Assembly: GCA_044376115.1 (NCBI GenBank)
Contig: JBILLK010000013.1
Span: 32,001-96,000, forward strand
Origin: Polyangiaceae bacterium
GTDB taxonomy: Bacteria; Myxococcota_A; Polyangia; Polyangiales; Polyangiaceae
DNA: 64,000 nucleotides
Reading direction: 5' to 3'
The notes beneath the pieces are model-generated. The model did not search any database. It worked only from the letters and a program-made list of their open reading frames with translations, and was not told the origin of the DNA. Each line of letters starts with the position of its first letter. Within the stretch, counting starts at the first letter, position 1. This document shows, one piece after another, positions 10,049-19,711 of this stretch. The translations under genes were made by a program, and so were the position numbers.

Positions 10049-11986
10049 TCATTCGAGCCCCGCGATGGGCTTGGGTGTCCAAAGTCCGGTCCCGTCGCCC
10101 ATCTGTCCGTATTTGTTTTCACCCCAGCAGTGGACTCTTCCGCCGGTGCGAGCACACGCGAAGTTAAACCCGACTACGACTTCGTCGACCGCTTCGAGCT
10201 TGTCTACGAGCCGCGGTAGCGGCGTGGACTCATCGGCTCCGCCCAGCGTAACGACCGAGCGGCGTCCCCAGCAGCTCACTCGACCATTGAGCAGAATGGC
10301 GCATGCATGGAGGGAGTCGAGTGCCACGGAGCGAACGTCCTGAATAGCGAGTTGGGTGGGCGACAACACCGCCGATTGTTCGCGATTGGGATCGATGATG
10401 CGCTGGTTGTTGAAACCCCAACAGGTCACACGGCCGTCTCCACCGACGGCGCACGCAGCGTCATCGCTTGCCGAAATGGACACGACCCCCTCCAGCCCCG
10501 GAACTGGCGACGGCTTCTGTGCATCTGCACTCACCCCGCGACCAAGGCCGCCACGCGCGCCGGCGCCCCAGCAAGACACTGTCCCGTTGGCGCGAAGCGC
10601 GCAGGCGAAGCCACCTCCCACGGCGACGGCCTTCGCGTCGTCAATCCCCACGGGCGAAGGAGCTTCGCGCCCATCCCAACACCACACGACACCAGCGTTG
10701 GTGAGCACACACGTCGACCCGCGCGTACGTTCGCTGAGCGCCGAGGCGTCTTTCACTGGCTGGGGCGCTTTGTAGTCGCTCGTACCGAAGAGCTCCCACA
10801 CGCCGCCATCGCTCGAGAGCAGCAGGTTCTGGCTGATCCCAATCAGATTCGTTCGCTTCCCGACCGAGCGCGGCGACGAGCTCGCGAACCAATTCGAAAG
10901 GCCCTCCTTTTCGCTGCTGCGGCCCCAGCGCACGGCTGTGCCATCGGCACGCAGTGCGAGCATCGAGTTATAAAATCCCGCAGCCAAGGCGACGGCGTTA
11001 TCCAAACCGACGACCTGAGAGGGTTGGTAATGCTCCCACGGTCCCCAACACAACACCTCGCCCCCGCGACGACGGACGCAGGGCCCCTGACCGATCACTA
11101 CCTCAACGGCGTCGCTCACCCCCTCCATGCGCTTCCAGGATGGCACCCAATCATTTCGGACCGCCTCGTAGTCGCTGTCGCGCTGGATCGCCAAACGGGT
11201 GTTGTTCCCTTTGCAGTGTACCGAGCCGTCGACACGCACTTCGCACTCGAGCCGGTCCCGGCTCGCCGCGGACACCACACCCTCTCGAAGCTCTCCGCAA
11301 TCGAGCGCTGTCTGCGTCCGAACACAGTCAAGATCCCCGCCCATCGACACGCTCACAGCGCCAGCGCGTTGAGGCTCGAGCGGCTCAACGTACGCCCGAT
11401 CCTCATCCGCGATGAACTCAACGACGCCGCGCGCAGTGAGCGCATACCCCCTTACGTCGCCGTCATACACCATCGAACAGGCGACCGAGCGAACGCCCTC
11501 GAGCCCCGCCACCAACGACCACGTATCATACGTGTGCACATACACGGCGCCGGCCCTCGTCAGCACGCAATCGCCATCGACAGCGATCAGGTCAGCCGGC
11601 GCCCCCTCGGCCTTGGAAGCAGGGATGCAAGAGAGCTGACCATTGCTCGCGACGGCACACGTCGCGAAGCGCGTTACGCCGACGCTGATGAACGGTCCCT
11701 TCTCTCCAAAGACTGCGACCGCAGCCTGGTTGCTCGGCATGCCCGTGATGTCGCCCCAACAGCGAACGGCCCCCGCCGCCGAGAGATGGCAGGCGTGTTG
11801 GTCCGAGGCGACGAGTCGTGGCTCCGTCAGCGGCACAGCCGCCTTTGGTTGCTCGGCTGCGCTCGAGGCAGGGTTTGGAGCAACCGCCGCGAAATCCGAG
11901 CCACCGCAGGAGAAGACCGCGAGCAACCATGGGGCCACCCACTGCAACCCGGACCGTGTGAAGCTAGGAACGAGCTTGACGACCAT
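10049..11986 (-). CDS. RCC1/BLIP-II repeat lipoprotein
   Basis: Repeated (F/H)ACA....G.V.CWG motifs; AVFSC lipobox-like; GGAGGA RBS. Confidence 0.88.
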   Translation of the reverse strand: MVVKLVPSFTRSGLQWVAPWLLAVFSCGGSDFAAVAPNPASSAAEQPKAAVPLTEPRLVASDQHACHLSAAGAVRCWGDITGMPSNQAAVAVFGEKGPFISVGVTRFATCAVASNGQLSCIPASKAEGAPADLIAVDGDCVLTRAGAVYVHTYDTWSLVAGLEGVRSVACSMVYDGDVRGYALTARGVVEFIADEDRAYVEPLEPQRAGAVSVSMGGDLDCVRTQTALDCGELREGVVSAASRDRLECEVRVDGSVHCKGNNTRLAIQRDSDYEAVRNDWVPSWKRMEGVSDAVEVVIGQGPCVRRRGGEVLCWGPWEHYQPSQVVGLDNAVALAAGFYNSMLALRADGTAVRWGRSSEKEGLSNWFASSSPRSVGKRTNLIGISQNLLLSSDGGVWELFGTSDYKAPQPVKDASALSERTRGSTCVLTNAGVVWCWDGREAPSPVGIDDAKAVAVGGGFACALRANGTVSCWGAGARGGLGRGVSADAQKPSPVPGLEGVVSISASDDAACAVGGDGRVTCWGFNNQRIIDPNREQSAVLSPTQLAIQDVRSVALDSLHACAILLNGRVSCWGRRSVVTLGGADESTPLPRLVDKLEAVDEVVVGFNFACARTGGRVHCWGENKYGQMGDGTGLWTPKPIAGLE

Positions 11987-12049
11987 ATCCAAATCCTCCG
12001 GGAAGCTCACGTCAGCGGTTGCCAACCGGGCGCTGACGATCGGGAACGG

Positions 12050-12544
12050 CTAGTCCACGACGTAGATGACGCCCTGCATCGACGTGCTGTGAATCGTGCA
12101 GAAGAATGGGTGCGCGCCGAAGGTGGCGGGGATGTACGTAGCCTGAGGACCCGATTGGTCGAGGTTGGTGATGTCATCGTCCAGCGGGGCGCCGGGACTG
12201 CCACCCGAGAGCGGGTGAAGTGAGAAGTCCCCGATGAAGTTGATCATCGCCCCGTTGGAGACGACGAGGCACGCCTGCGTGGGCAGCACCCAATCGAGAT
12301 CGATCTCCGGGTTGCCTGTCATATCCTCGGCCGTCGCTTGTTCGCAGCCGTTCAGGATAGTCGCACCACCGCCGCCGCCCGAGGCACCGACGCCACCACC
12401 ACCACCACCACCACCACCACCGTCACCACCCGCGCCCCCGGAGCCACCTGCGGCGCCGGTTCCCGTTGAGCCACTGTCACCACAGGCGAGGCTCATCACA
12501 CTCACGCATAGGGAGATCGCGTCCCTGACCATCTTCGCGCGCAT
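12050..12544 (-). CDS. Lipoprotein with plastocyanin-like cupredoxin domain
   Basis: MSLAC lipobox, poly-Gly linker, His plus FFCTIH...MQGVIYV type-1 copper ligands. Confidence 0.82.
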   Translation of the reverse strand: MRAKMVRDAISLCVSVMSLACGDSGSTGTGAAGGSGGAGGDGGGGGGGGGGVGASGGGGGATILNGCEQATAEDMTGNPEIDLDWVLPTQACLVVSNGAMINFIGDFSLHPLSGGSPGAPLDDDITNLDQSGPQATYIPATFGAHPFFCTIHSTSMQGVIYVVD

Positions 12545-12855
12545 TTTCGATTCTCCAACAGGCCGGTTCGTCCGACCCGCGCGGCGAAGCTAGCGGATCC
12601 GCGGTTCATTAGGAACTTGCGGCGCGCTGTCCAGCCAGCGTGAACGGCCAGTGCGTCCCATGAGTGCGCCTCGTTCGGAGCGACCGCGAGATACGCCCGT
12701 GCTGCCGCTGATGTGTCGCCCGGTCGTTGCGGCGTGCGAAGACCTAGACACCTCAACTGCACCGGGTCGGTGGCGTTGCATTGTGATGAGCCACAACCGG
12801 GCTAACAGCCTGAGACCGCGCCGTGACTGCGCCTGGCGCCGATGCGTAGGTCGAT

Positions 12856-12900
12856 GCGACACATCGCCCGGTCTCACGGCGAGACTCTGCGCGATGTCGC
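12856..12900 (+). repeat. Single degenerate family A hairpin
   Basis: GCGACACATCGCCCGG...GAGACTC...ATGTCGC. Confidence 0.8.
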
Positions 12901-12996
12901 GGCTGCCCGCCCTCCGCCAGTTTCGTCTGGGCCGCAGGGCCTATCGCAGTTCGAATGCCCTCCGCGGCCGCGCGGCGGTTACCTTCTGCGTCGCAG

Positions 12997-13962
12997 ATGG
13001 AACTACGATCACCGCCGCTGTCGAGTGCCAAGCCCACGTCGCGCCGGTTTGCGACCGGGCAGCTCTGCGTGGCGCTCACCTTCGCTGCTGCGGCGGCTTG
13101 TAGTGCAACGCCGAGCGCGCCCGCGCTCCCGGTGATGCAGGCCTCTGCGCCGACTACTCCATCCGCCGGCGCACCCGCGACCAGCGCCGTGAGTGGCTTA
13201 CCAACCAGCACCACAAGCGCCGTCACCGGCGTAGCACCGAGCTGTCCCGACGATATGGTCGCCCTCCCCGCGGGCTCGTTCACCGTGAGCGCGAGCGACA
13301 AGCAGACGCCGGTCAATGCGTTCTGCATCGACCGAACGGAGGTCACGGTCGCCGCGTACCTCGCCTGCGTGCGCACCGGCGCGTGCACCGCCGCAAAAGA
13401 GATGGCTGCCGTGACGACTCACCTGCCCCAGCTCGAGCGGGAGATGTGGGCAGCGACGTGCAACGCTCCCGCCAAGGAGCGCGCGCTTCATCCGATGAAC
13501 TGCGTGGACTGGCACCAGGCCGACGCCTACTGTCGCGCTCAGCACAAGCGCCTGCCCACCGAGCAGGAGTGGGAATGGGCCGCGCGCGGCGGTCCAGCGA
13601 ACAATCGCTTCCCGTGGGGCGACGCGCTGCCCACAGTCGAGCTGCTCAATGCGACCGACTCGACGTCGGCGGCCTTCGGTGCGCGTTATGGTCGCGACTG
13701 GGAGCACCTGGATGGCACGGACGGCTGGCCGACAACGGCGCCCGTGGGCAGCTTTCAAAAGGGGCGCACCCCCCAGGGCGTCGACGACATGGCTGGGAAC
13801 GTATGGGAGTGGACGGCCACCCTCGACCCGGACGACGGCAACCGCTTGATCCGCGGAGGCAGCTGGGGTGATCGCGAGCCGGGCGCCTTCGTGGTCGGCG
13901 CGCAACGCTGGAACGACCCGGACAAATACGTCGGCCTCGTTGGCTTTCGCTGCGCGAGGTGA
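12997..13962 (+). CDS. Formylglycine-generating enzyme (FGE-sulfatase) domain lipoprotein; start uncertain
   Basis: IDRTEVT, HPMNCVDW..A..YC....RLPTEQEWEWAARG, DMAGNVWEW, RGGSW, GFRCAR. Confidence 0.92.
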   Translation: MELRSPPLSSAKPTSRRFATGQLCVALTFAAAAACSATPSAPALPVMQASAPTTPSAGAPATSAVSGLPTSTTSAVTGVAPSCPDDMVALPAGSFTVSASDKQTPVNAFCIDRTEVTVAAYLACVRTGACTAAKEMAAVTTHLPQLEREMWAATCNAPAKERALHPMNCVDWHQADAYCRAQHKRLPTEQEWEWAARGGPANNRFPWGDALPTVELLNATDSTSAAFGARYGRDWEHLDGTDGWPTTAPVGSFQKGRTPQGVDDMAGNVWEWTATLDPDDGNRLIRGGSWGDREPGAFVVGAQRWNDPDKYVGLVGFRCAR

Positions 13963-14008
13963 TCCGCTCCCTGCGGCGAAGGGTCGCAGGCCCGGCGGGT
14001 ACCGCCTT

Positions 14009-14240
14009 GCGACACATCGCCCGCTGTCACGGTGAGACTCGCCGATCTGTCGCACCGGGCGGCTCGAGGCCACCGCCCAGCGGCTCGACTTCCGTCTTCC
14101 TGCGACACATCGCCCGCTGTCACGGTGAGACTCGCCGATCTGTCGCACCGGGCGGCGACGAGGCCACCGCCCAGCGGCTCGACTTCCGTCTTCCTGCGAC
14201 ACATCGCCCGCTGTCACGGTGAGACTCGCCGATCTGTCGC
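14009..14240 (+). repeat. Family A hairpin repeat cluster, 3 copies (14009, 14102, 14196) with near-identical linkers
   Basis: Period 93-94 nt. Confidence 0.93.
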
Positions 14241-14368
14241 ACCGGGCGGCTCGATGCCCCATCGTGCACTAGGCCCCGCCGTGTGCGCGCGCTATTCCCA
14301 TCGCTCTGCGGCACCGCTTGGATGCGGTTGGGGGCCGCGATGTCGCTCACCAGCTCGGCGCCTTTCGG

Positions 14369-14767
14369 TCAATCATCGAACGGGTCCCTCGGCGGCCTGA
14401 GGCATGGCTTCAGGATGGGCCGCAGGCAAGCGGTGGGCGCAGGAACGGTGGGCGCAGGAACGGTGGGAGCTGCCGTCTTCGGGGGCGAAGTGACCGTCGA
14501 GCTCGGCGCGGCGGTCGCGCTGGGTATCTCCGCGGTGGTCGCAGAGGGCGCGGCTGACTCAACAGGCGCCGTGGAGGCCGTTGGTTCAGCGCGCGTGCTG
14601 GTGGACGCTGCGCCCTTCGGCAGGCCGACTTTGAGGCACGCTTGGGGCGACGGCGAGTCGGCGTCGCTCGAACAGCTCGTCACGGCGAGCCCCGCTAGCG
14701 CGGTCGCGATGAAGAACGCACGTCTGCGGAGGATCTCGCTGCGGGCGTCATCATCATCGGAGTTCAT
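14369..14767 (-). CDS. Small Pro/Thr-rich lipoprotein with ACL/PCL motifs
   Basis: RRRAFFIATALAGLAVTSC signal. Confidence 0.7.
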   Translation of the reverse strand: MNSDDDDARSEILRRRAFFIATALAGLAVTSCSSDADSPSPQACLKVGLPKGAASTSTRAEPTASTAPVESAAPSATTAEIPSATAAPSSTVTSPPKTAAPTVPAPTVPAPTACLRPILKPCLRPPRDPFDD

Positions 14768-14886
14768 TGCGAGCGATAGTATCCGGCTCTCGACCGTACT
14801 GCACCGCGCGCTATTCCCATCGCGCCTGGGCCTCCCGCACCATCTTCGTCTCTTCCCCTACGCACGCAACTGCTAGAGTCCCGGCC

Positions 14887-16254
14887 GTGACTGCGTCTGC
14901 CCGTTCGCTGCGAGCCCATCTGCGCGTTGCCCTGGTGGCGACGCTGGCCTCTTCGTGTGGTGAGGCGCGCAGCCTGTCGATCGACTTGACGGCAGGCTAC
15001 GAGACCGACGTGTTCTCGCAGGATCCCGCGGTCACGCGCGTGGTGATCCGCGCGACCACCGCGGATGGTTCGAGCAGCTTCGAGGTGGAGTCGGAGCCGG
15101 GCGGGAGCTTCAATCTGGGCGAATTCTCGGACCAGGAGTTTCTCTCCTTCGACGTCTTCGGGGAGACCGCAGAAGGTGACGTGGTGGTGCGCGGCCGCAG
15201 TTTGACGCTACCGGTGGGCGCGATTGCGTCCGAGTCGGTGCCGCTGTTCGTGCAACGGCTGGAAGGCTTCAGCCGGCCGCCGGGCGAGCTAGCCCGCGCG
15301 CATGTGCACGCGCCCGCAGGCGTGGTGGACGAGCAGTTCATTTTGGCGTTCGGTGGTGACGCTGCGTTCGGCGAGAACGGCCCCGCGGATCCCGGGCTCG
15401 GGGACTTTTACGACGTGCTCTCGCTCGCAGGCGGAGAGGCCTCATCGATCTTGCCGCGCACCCCGCGCTCGTTGGTGGTGCGCAGCTCGATCATCCTGCT
15501 GATCGACGACGAAGGCTCCACCGTGCTCGATAGCAGCGACCAAACCACCGACCGCGATCCGCCCGGGGATTTGCGCTTCGAAGAGGTGTCCGGCGGCCGC
15601 ACCATCGAGTCCGACGACGGCACCTCCTACGTCGTTGGCTGCACCCGCCCCGAGACGCCCAGCAACGCGATCTTGGCGTTGGACCAGAACGGCGACTTCA
15701 GCGAAATTCGCTTAGCAACGCCGCGCAGCGGTTGCGGCGCCACCTTCGTCCCCGACGTCGGTTTGGTGGTGTTCGGCGGCAGCGCCGAGGGCAAAGCCTT
15801 CGAGGTCGTCGAGTCCGGCGGTACCCTGCGCGCCCTCCCCTTCGACGCCGACGCCACCGCCGGCGCCGCCCTCGTCCTCAGCAGCGACGAGATCGTCCTC
15901 GCGCTCGGCGGCCTGCGCGACGGCGCCCCCGCAGCCACCCGCTTCTTCGACCTCCGTTGCCAAGCCGACTGCGCACCCGACGAGCTCGCCGCAGCCGCAC
16001 TCCCCGCGTTGCAGACCCGCGGCGAAGCCTTCAAATTCGAGGGCGGCGTCCTCGCCATCGGCGAAAACGACGAAGGCGAAACCCTCGCCTTCAAAGTCCA
16101 ACTCCCCGACGGCCAAGTCACCCCCCTGCCCTTCCGCGAGCGCCGCTTCGGCGCCACCCCCGTCCCCGCGCCCAACGGCACCCTCATGGTCGTCGGCGGC
16201 GTCCAACCGTCGTCAGCCCCGGCGTTGACGGTAGAGGCGTTCTTTCCGGAGTGA
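14887..16254 (+). CDS. Hypothetical lipoprotein, C-terminal Kelch-like propeller
   Basis: LASSC lipobox; repeated R.G......VV.GG motifs. Confidence 0.7.
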   Translation: MTASARSLRAHLRVALVATLASSCGEARSLSIDLTAGYETDVFSQDPAVTRVVIRATTADGSSSFEVESEPGGSFNLGEFSDQEFLSFDVFGETAEGDVVVRGRSLTLPVGAIASESVPLFVQRLEGFSRPPGELARAHVHAPAGVVDEQFILAFGGDAAFGENGPADPGLGDFYDVLSLAGGEASSILPRTPRSLVVRSSIILLIDDEGSTVLDSSDQTTDRDPPGDLRFEEVSGGRTIESDDGTSYVVGCTRPETPSNAILALDQNGDFSEIRLATPRSGCGATFVPDVGLVVFGGSAEGKAFEVVESGGTLRALPFDADATAGAALVLSSDEIVLALGGLRDGAPAATRFFDLRCQADCAPDELAAAALPALQTRGEAFKFEGGVLAIGENDEGETLAFKVQLPDGQVTPLPFRERRFGATPVPAPNGTLMVVGGVQPSSAPALTVEAFFPE

Positions 16255-16330
16255 GGGCGGAGGTGGGCCGCGTCGTCCACCTCGCGTCGTCCCGCGCAGA
16301 GAGCCACGCGCGGGTGGTAGACTCACGACC

Positions 16331-17428
16331 ATGCGATCCGCCCCGCTCGTGTTCGCCTTGACGCTGGTCGCTTGCGACGCGGAGGTGCACCCTCCGAGTG
16401 AAGCGAGCCTGCCGGTCCCCGAGTGCACGTGGCTCGTGCCGCGCTCGGAAGAGCTGGTGGTGCCAGAGAGCTTTGTTGGGCAGCTCGTCGCGATCGACGG
16501 CGCCGACGTTGGCTTGCTGTACGCCTTCAACGATGACGGCGCACCGGGCAGCATCCGCTCGAGGCGGCTGCTCGATCCGTTTGGCGCGTGGCCCCCGTCG
16601 CTGGGTCCGGAGGCGGTGCACCGCGACAGCCCCGGCCTGATCCTCGATGCAGTGGGGCGCGCCGACGGGACCTTCGTGCTGCGCCAGCTCGCGTCGGAGC
16701 CGGGCACCGAGTACTCGATCGGGGCCTTCGGTCGCGAGGGCGCGTGGCCGACGCGCGCCGGGCGGCCGATGCTCGAGCCGAGCCCCGGCGTCGGCGTGTA
16801 CTGGCACCACGATGGCGAGCTTCAGTATTACGCCACGCTCGACGCCGAAGAGCCGGTCTTCTTGCTTCCACTCGCGCTGCCCGAGTCCGAGCTCAATTCG
16901 ACGCCCGACCCCGCGTGGGTGCACGGCCTCGACGGCACAGGACGGCTTGTGGTGCGCGGCGTCGACGGCTTCACCACGATCACCGGCAACAGCCTCTCGC
17001 CCTTCACACCGCTGCCAGCTGACGATCCCGGGAGCTCGCCAGCTTGGCTCCTCCCGAGCGAGGCGGGCGGCTTTTGGTACGCCCGGCAAGAGCACCCCGC
17101 CGTCGAGATCCAGCGCCTCGGCGCTGATGAGGAAGCCAGCCCGATCACGCTGTTCGAAGATGTCCTCGTCGGCCGGCAGCGTGCTGCCTCGCCCTGGGGA
17201 GCTGGTCGCGGCGTGGTCGCTGTGGCCGAGCACTACGCTCTGGAAGGAGGCACCGCTCTCGGCTTCGAACTCATCATCACCGATGGAGAGCACCAAACGA
17301 AGGCACGGGCTCACGACGCGGACGCGGCCTACAGCGTGGTCTCCTCGCCCGACGGCGCTTCAATCCTCGTCGGCGTGCATCGCCAGGGCTTCGTCATCCG
17401 ACGCTTTGACTGCCTCTCGTTGGATTGA
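16331..17428 (+). CDS. Hypothetical lipoprotein (paralog of 18343-19542)
   Basis: TLVAC lipobox; shared DxFGAWPPS, EPSP, DGxGR, RFxC motifs. Confidence 0.75.
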   Translation: MRSAPLVFALTLVACDAEVHPPSEASLPVPECTWLVPRSEELVVPESFVGQLVAIDGADVGLLYAFNDDGAPGSIRSRRLLDPFGAWPPSLGPEAVHRDSPGLILDAVGRADGTFVLRQLASEPGTEYSIGAFGREGAWPTRAGRPMLEPSPGVGVYWHHDGELQYYATLDAEEPVFLLPLALPESELNSTPDPAWVHGLDGTGRLVVRGVDGFTTITGNSLSPFTPLPADDPGSSPAWLLPSEAGGFWYARQEHPAVEIQRLGADEEASPITLFEDVLVGRQRAASPWGAGRGVVAVAEHYALEGGTALGFELIITDGEHQTKARAHDADAAYSVVSSPDGASILVGVHRQGFVIRRFDCLSLD

Positions 17429-17485
17429 GCCACACGCGACTCGACCGACGCGCTCGCAGTTACGAGAGAGCTATCCTCGACACCC

Positions 17486-17881
17486 ATGCTGGCGCTCCAG
17501 GTTCACCATGACTCCGCCCCGTCGCTCCCTCCGCCCCACGCACACCTCATCGTCGTGGAGTCGTCCCACCCCGCACACCTCGGCGCGACCTTCGTGCTCG
17601 ATCGTGGCCTCCTACGGTTCGGGCGTGCCCACTGGAACGAGCTCGAGCTCCGCCATGACGACAGCCTCTCTCGCGGCCACGGCTGCTTTGAGCGACGCGC
17701 CGACGGTCAATGGTGGGTCGTGGACAACGGCACGACCAACGTTGTGTCGGTCAACGACCGCGTGATCGACCGTACCAAGGACGATAGGGGTCGCTCTGCC
17801 CAGATGCTTCGCCACGGGGCCCGCGTGCGAGTCGGACGCTTGGTGCTCGAGTTTCGCGCGGCCGAGACAACGGCGGGGTAA
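17486..17881 (+). CDS. FHA domain protein
   Basis: FGR...NEL...DDSLSRGH...W.VVDNGTTN.V.VND, L.HG..VRVG. Confidence 0.82.
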   Translation: MLALQVHHDSAPSLPPPHAHLIVVESSHPAHLGATFVLDRGLLRFGRAHWNELELRHDDSLSRGHGCFERRADGQWWVVDNGTTNVVSVNDRVIDRTKDDRGRSAQMLRHGARVRVGRLVLEFRAAETTAG

Positions 17882-18342
17882 GCCCATCTCCGCTGCCAAG
17901 CCGACTGCGCCCGCGCCGCCGAGCGCGCCGAGCTATTTGCGAGGCCTTTGCGCGCCTCACTCTTCCTTGATGTCGCTGCTCCACCACCGCAGGCAATGGC
18001 CAAGCACGAGGCGGTGGCGACGACGCACAGGGGTACAGCCCACGGGGGCATCATTCCGGTCAGCACGCGACCGAATAGAGCATGGACGCAGCCTCTCGAG
18101 AGCAACGGTCGCTCAGCACGTGGTCCCTGGCCGTCGGCGCCGCAATGGACTACGCCTGTGAGGTGCTCCGTGCTCACGCCAACCCTCCCCGGACGAAGCT
18201 CGCAAGCGGGTCTTCACGTTTCGAGTTTCAACGCCCCGAAGTAAGCCGGGCGAGCGCGGTGAACGGCCCTCCGATGCGCAGCGCTAGTGCAGACCGCCTA
18301 CTCGATGGGGATGCCGTTCATCGGGCGCTCCCTGCTGGAGGC

Positions 18343-19542
18343 ATGAGCGTCCGCGCGACCCTCTCTTGGCTGGTCGCGTTGGCGGCCTGCGGGGCGGACG
18401 TGGTCGTCGAGCCCGCGGGTGGTGCGGGTGGTGCGGGTGGTGCGGGTGGTGCCGCAGGCGCCACGACGCAAGGGGGCGCACCCACGCAAGGCGGGGGCGC
18501 GCAAGGCGGCAGCGGCGGGGGAGCGGGCTCCGAGCCCACGACCGGCGGCGCAGGCGGTGTGGGTGGTGCGCCCTTCCCCGCTTGCGAGGCGCTGGTCGAG
18601 ACGGGCGCGCCGGTTGCGATACCGGACGTGAAGTCCGGCTGGATCGCGCGAGTTGGTGAGGGCGTCGGCGCGGTCGTGAAGGTCCATCCGGGCAGCGAGC
18701 TGCGCTCGACGCTCGTCGACGCCTTCGGTGCCTGGCCGCCAAGCTTCAGCGAGCCGGTGGTCCATGGGAACGGGCAGAGTTCTTTCCACTGGAGCTTCCG
18801 TGACGACGGGGCCTTCCGTTTCCGTGACGACTCAAGCTACCCCCCGATCGGGTGGCGGGTCGGGCGGGTGGGTGTGCCGGGCTTGTTGCATCCGGTAGAC
18901 GGAGTCCCGCTCTTCGAACCGTCACCGAGCGAGACGGTGTGGTGGTCCACCGGTCCCGAGCTCCTCGAGTTTGCGAGCGTCGAGGCCGAGGTGGCGCTCG
19001 GCACCTACCCTCCCCTGGCGTCATGGAACCACCACACGGTCGGGAGCGACGGGTTGGGTCGGGCCGTCGTGTTCACCCCGGATGGCCTCGCGGCGCTCGA
19101 GGGCGGAGCCCTCACGCCCCTGGGACCGAAGCCCAGCCTGGTCGAATGGAGGAGCTTCTTGCTCCCGCACCCGGAGGGCGTGTGGATCGTGGGGCCTACG
19201 GAGGACAACCTGCTCGAGATCACCTCGCTGGTCGATGGGGTCTTGTCCGGGTCGTATCGACCCTTCGGCGACGCGCCGATCGAACGTGTTGGGGAGTTCG
19301 CGGCCGCTCCGTGGGCCGACGAGACCATCGCCATCGCGACGCGGTTCGCTTCGGGCGGCTCGGTGGTGGCCGTGACCAACGGTGTGGACCGCACCACCAC
19401 GCTGGAGCTGCCGCCTCGTTCATCGTTCGTCTTGCCGGTAACGCTTGCGACCGATCCGGGCAACCATCTGGTCGTGGGGTACAGCTCGGCGTCCGAGATC
19501 AGTTATCGGGTCCATCGGTTCGGGTGCGTCGGACCCGAGTGA
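18343..19542 (+). CDS. Hypothetical lipoprotein with Gly-rich linker (paralog of 16331-17428)
   Basis: VALAAC lipobox; GGAGG RBS; shared motifs. Confidence 0.78.
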   Translation: MSVRATLSWLVALAACGADVVVEPAGGAGGAGGAGGAAGATTQGGAPTQGGGAQGGSGGGAGSEPTTGGAGGVGGAPFPACEALVETGAPVAIPDVKSGWIARVGEGVGAVVKVHPGSELRSTLVDAFGAWPPSFSEPVVHGNGQSSFHWSFRDDGAFRFRDDSSYPPIGWRVGRVGVPGLLHPVDGVPLFEPSPSETVWWSTGPELLEFASVEAEVALGTYPPLASWNHHTVGSDGLGRAVVFTPDGLAALEGGALTPLGPKPSLVEWRSFLLPHPEGVWIVGPTEDNLLEITSLVDGVLSGSYRPFGDAPIERVGEFAAAPWADETIAIATRFASGGSVVAVTNGVDRTTTLELPPRSSFVLPVTLATDPGNHLVVGYSSASEISYRVHRFGCVGPE

Positions 19543-19711
19543 CCCGGGCCCGGACCCAGTGCCGACTTGAGCGGATGAGTCTGCGCCGAAGCCAACTTCA
19601 GGTAGGTGTCCCGCGGAACAAGCCGTGGGCGTGGCTTCACGAACGCGGGGTTCGCGCGAACGCGACCGGCGAGGGCTGCGGAACCTGGAGGGAGTGGGCT
19701 ACGCTCGCGCG

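Noticed and set aside
10307..12223. Long antisense or off-frame ORFs (also 31885-33621, 16184-17314, 52949-54124, 29826-30962)
   Set aside because: Shadow ORFs of real genes in high-GC DNA; Arg/Pro-rich with no motifs.
12393..12421. (CCA)n microsatellite as phase-variation tract
   Set aside because: In-frame triplet encoding a poly-Gly linker; length change would not switch expression.
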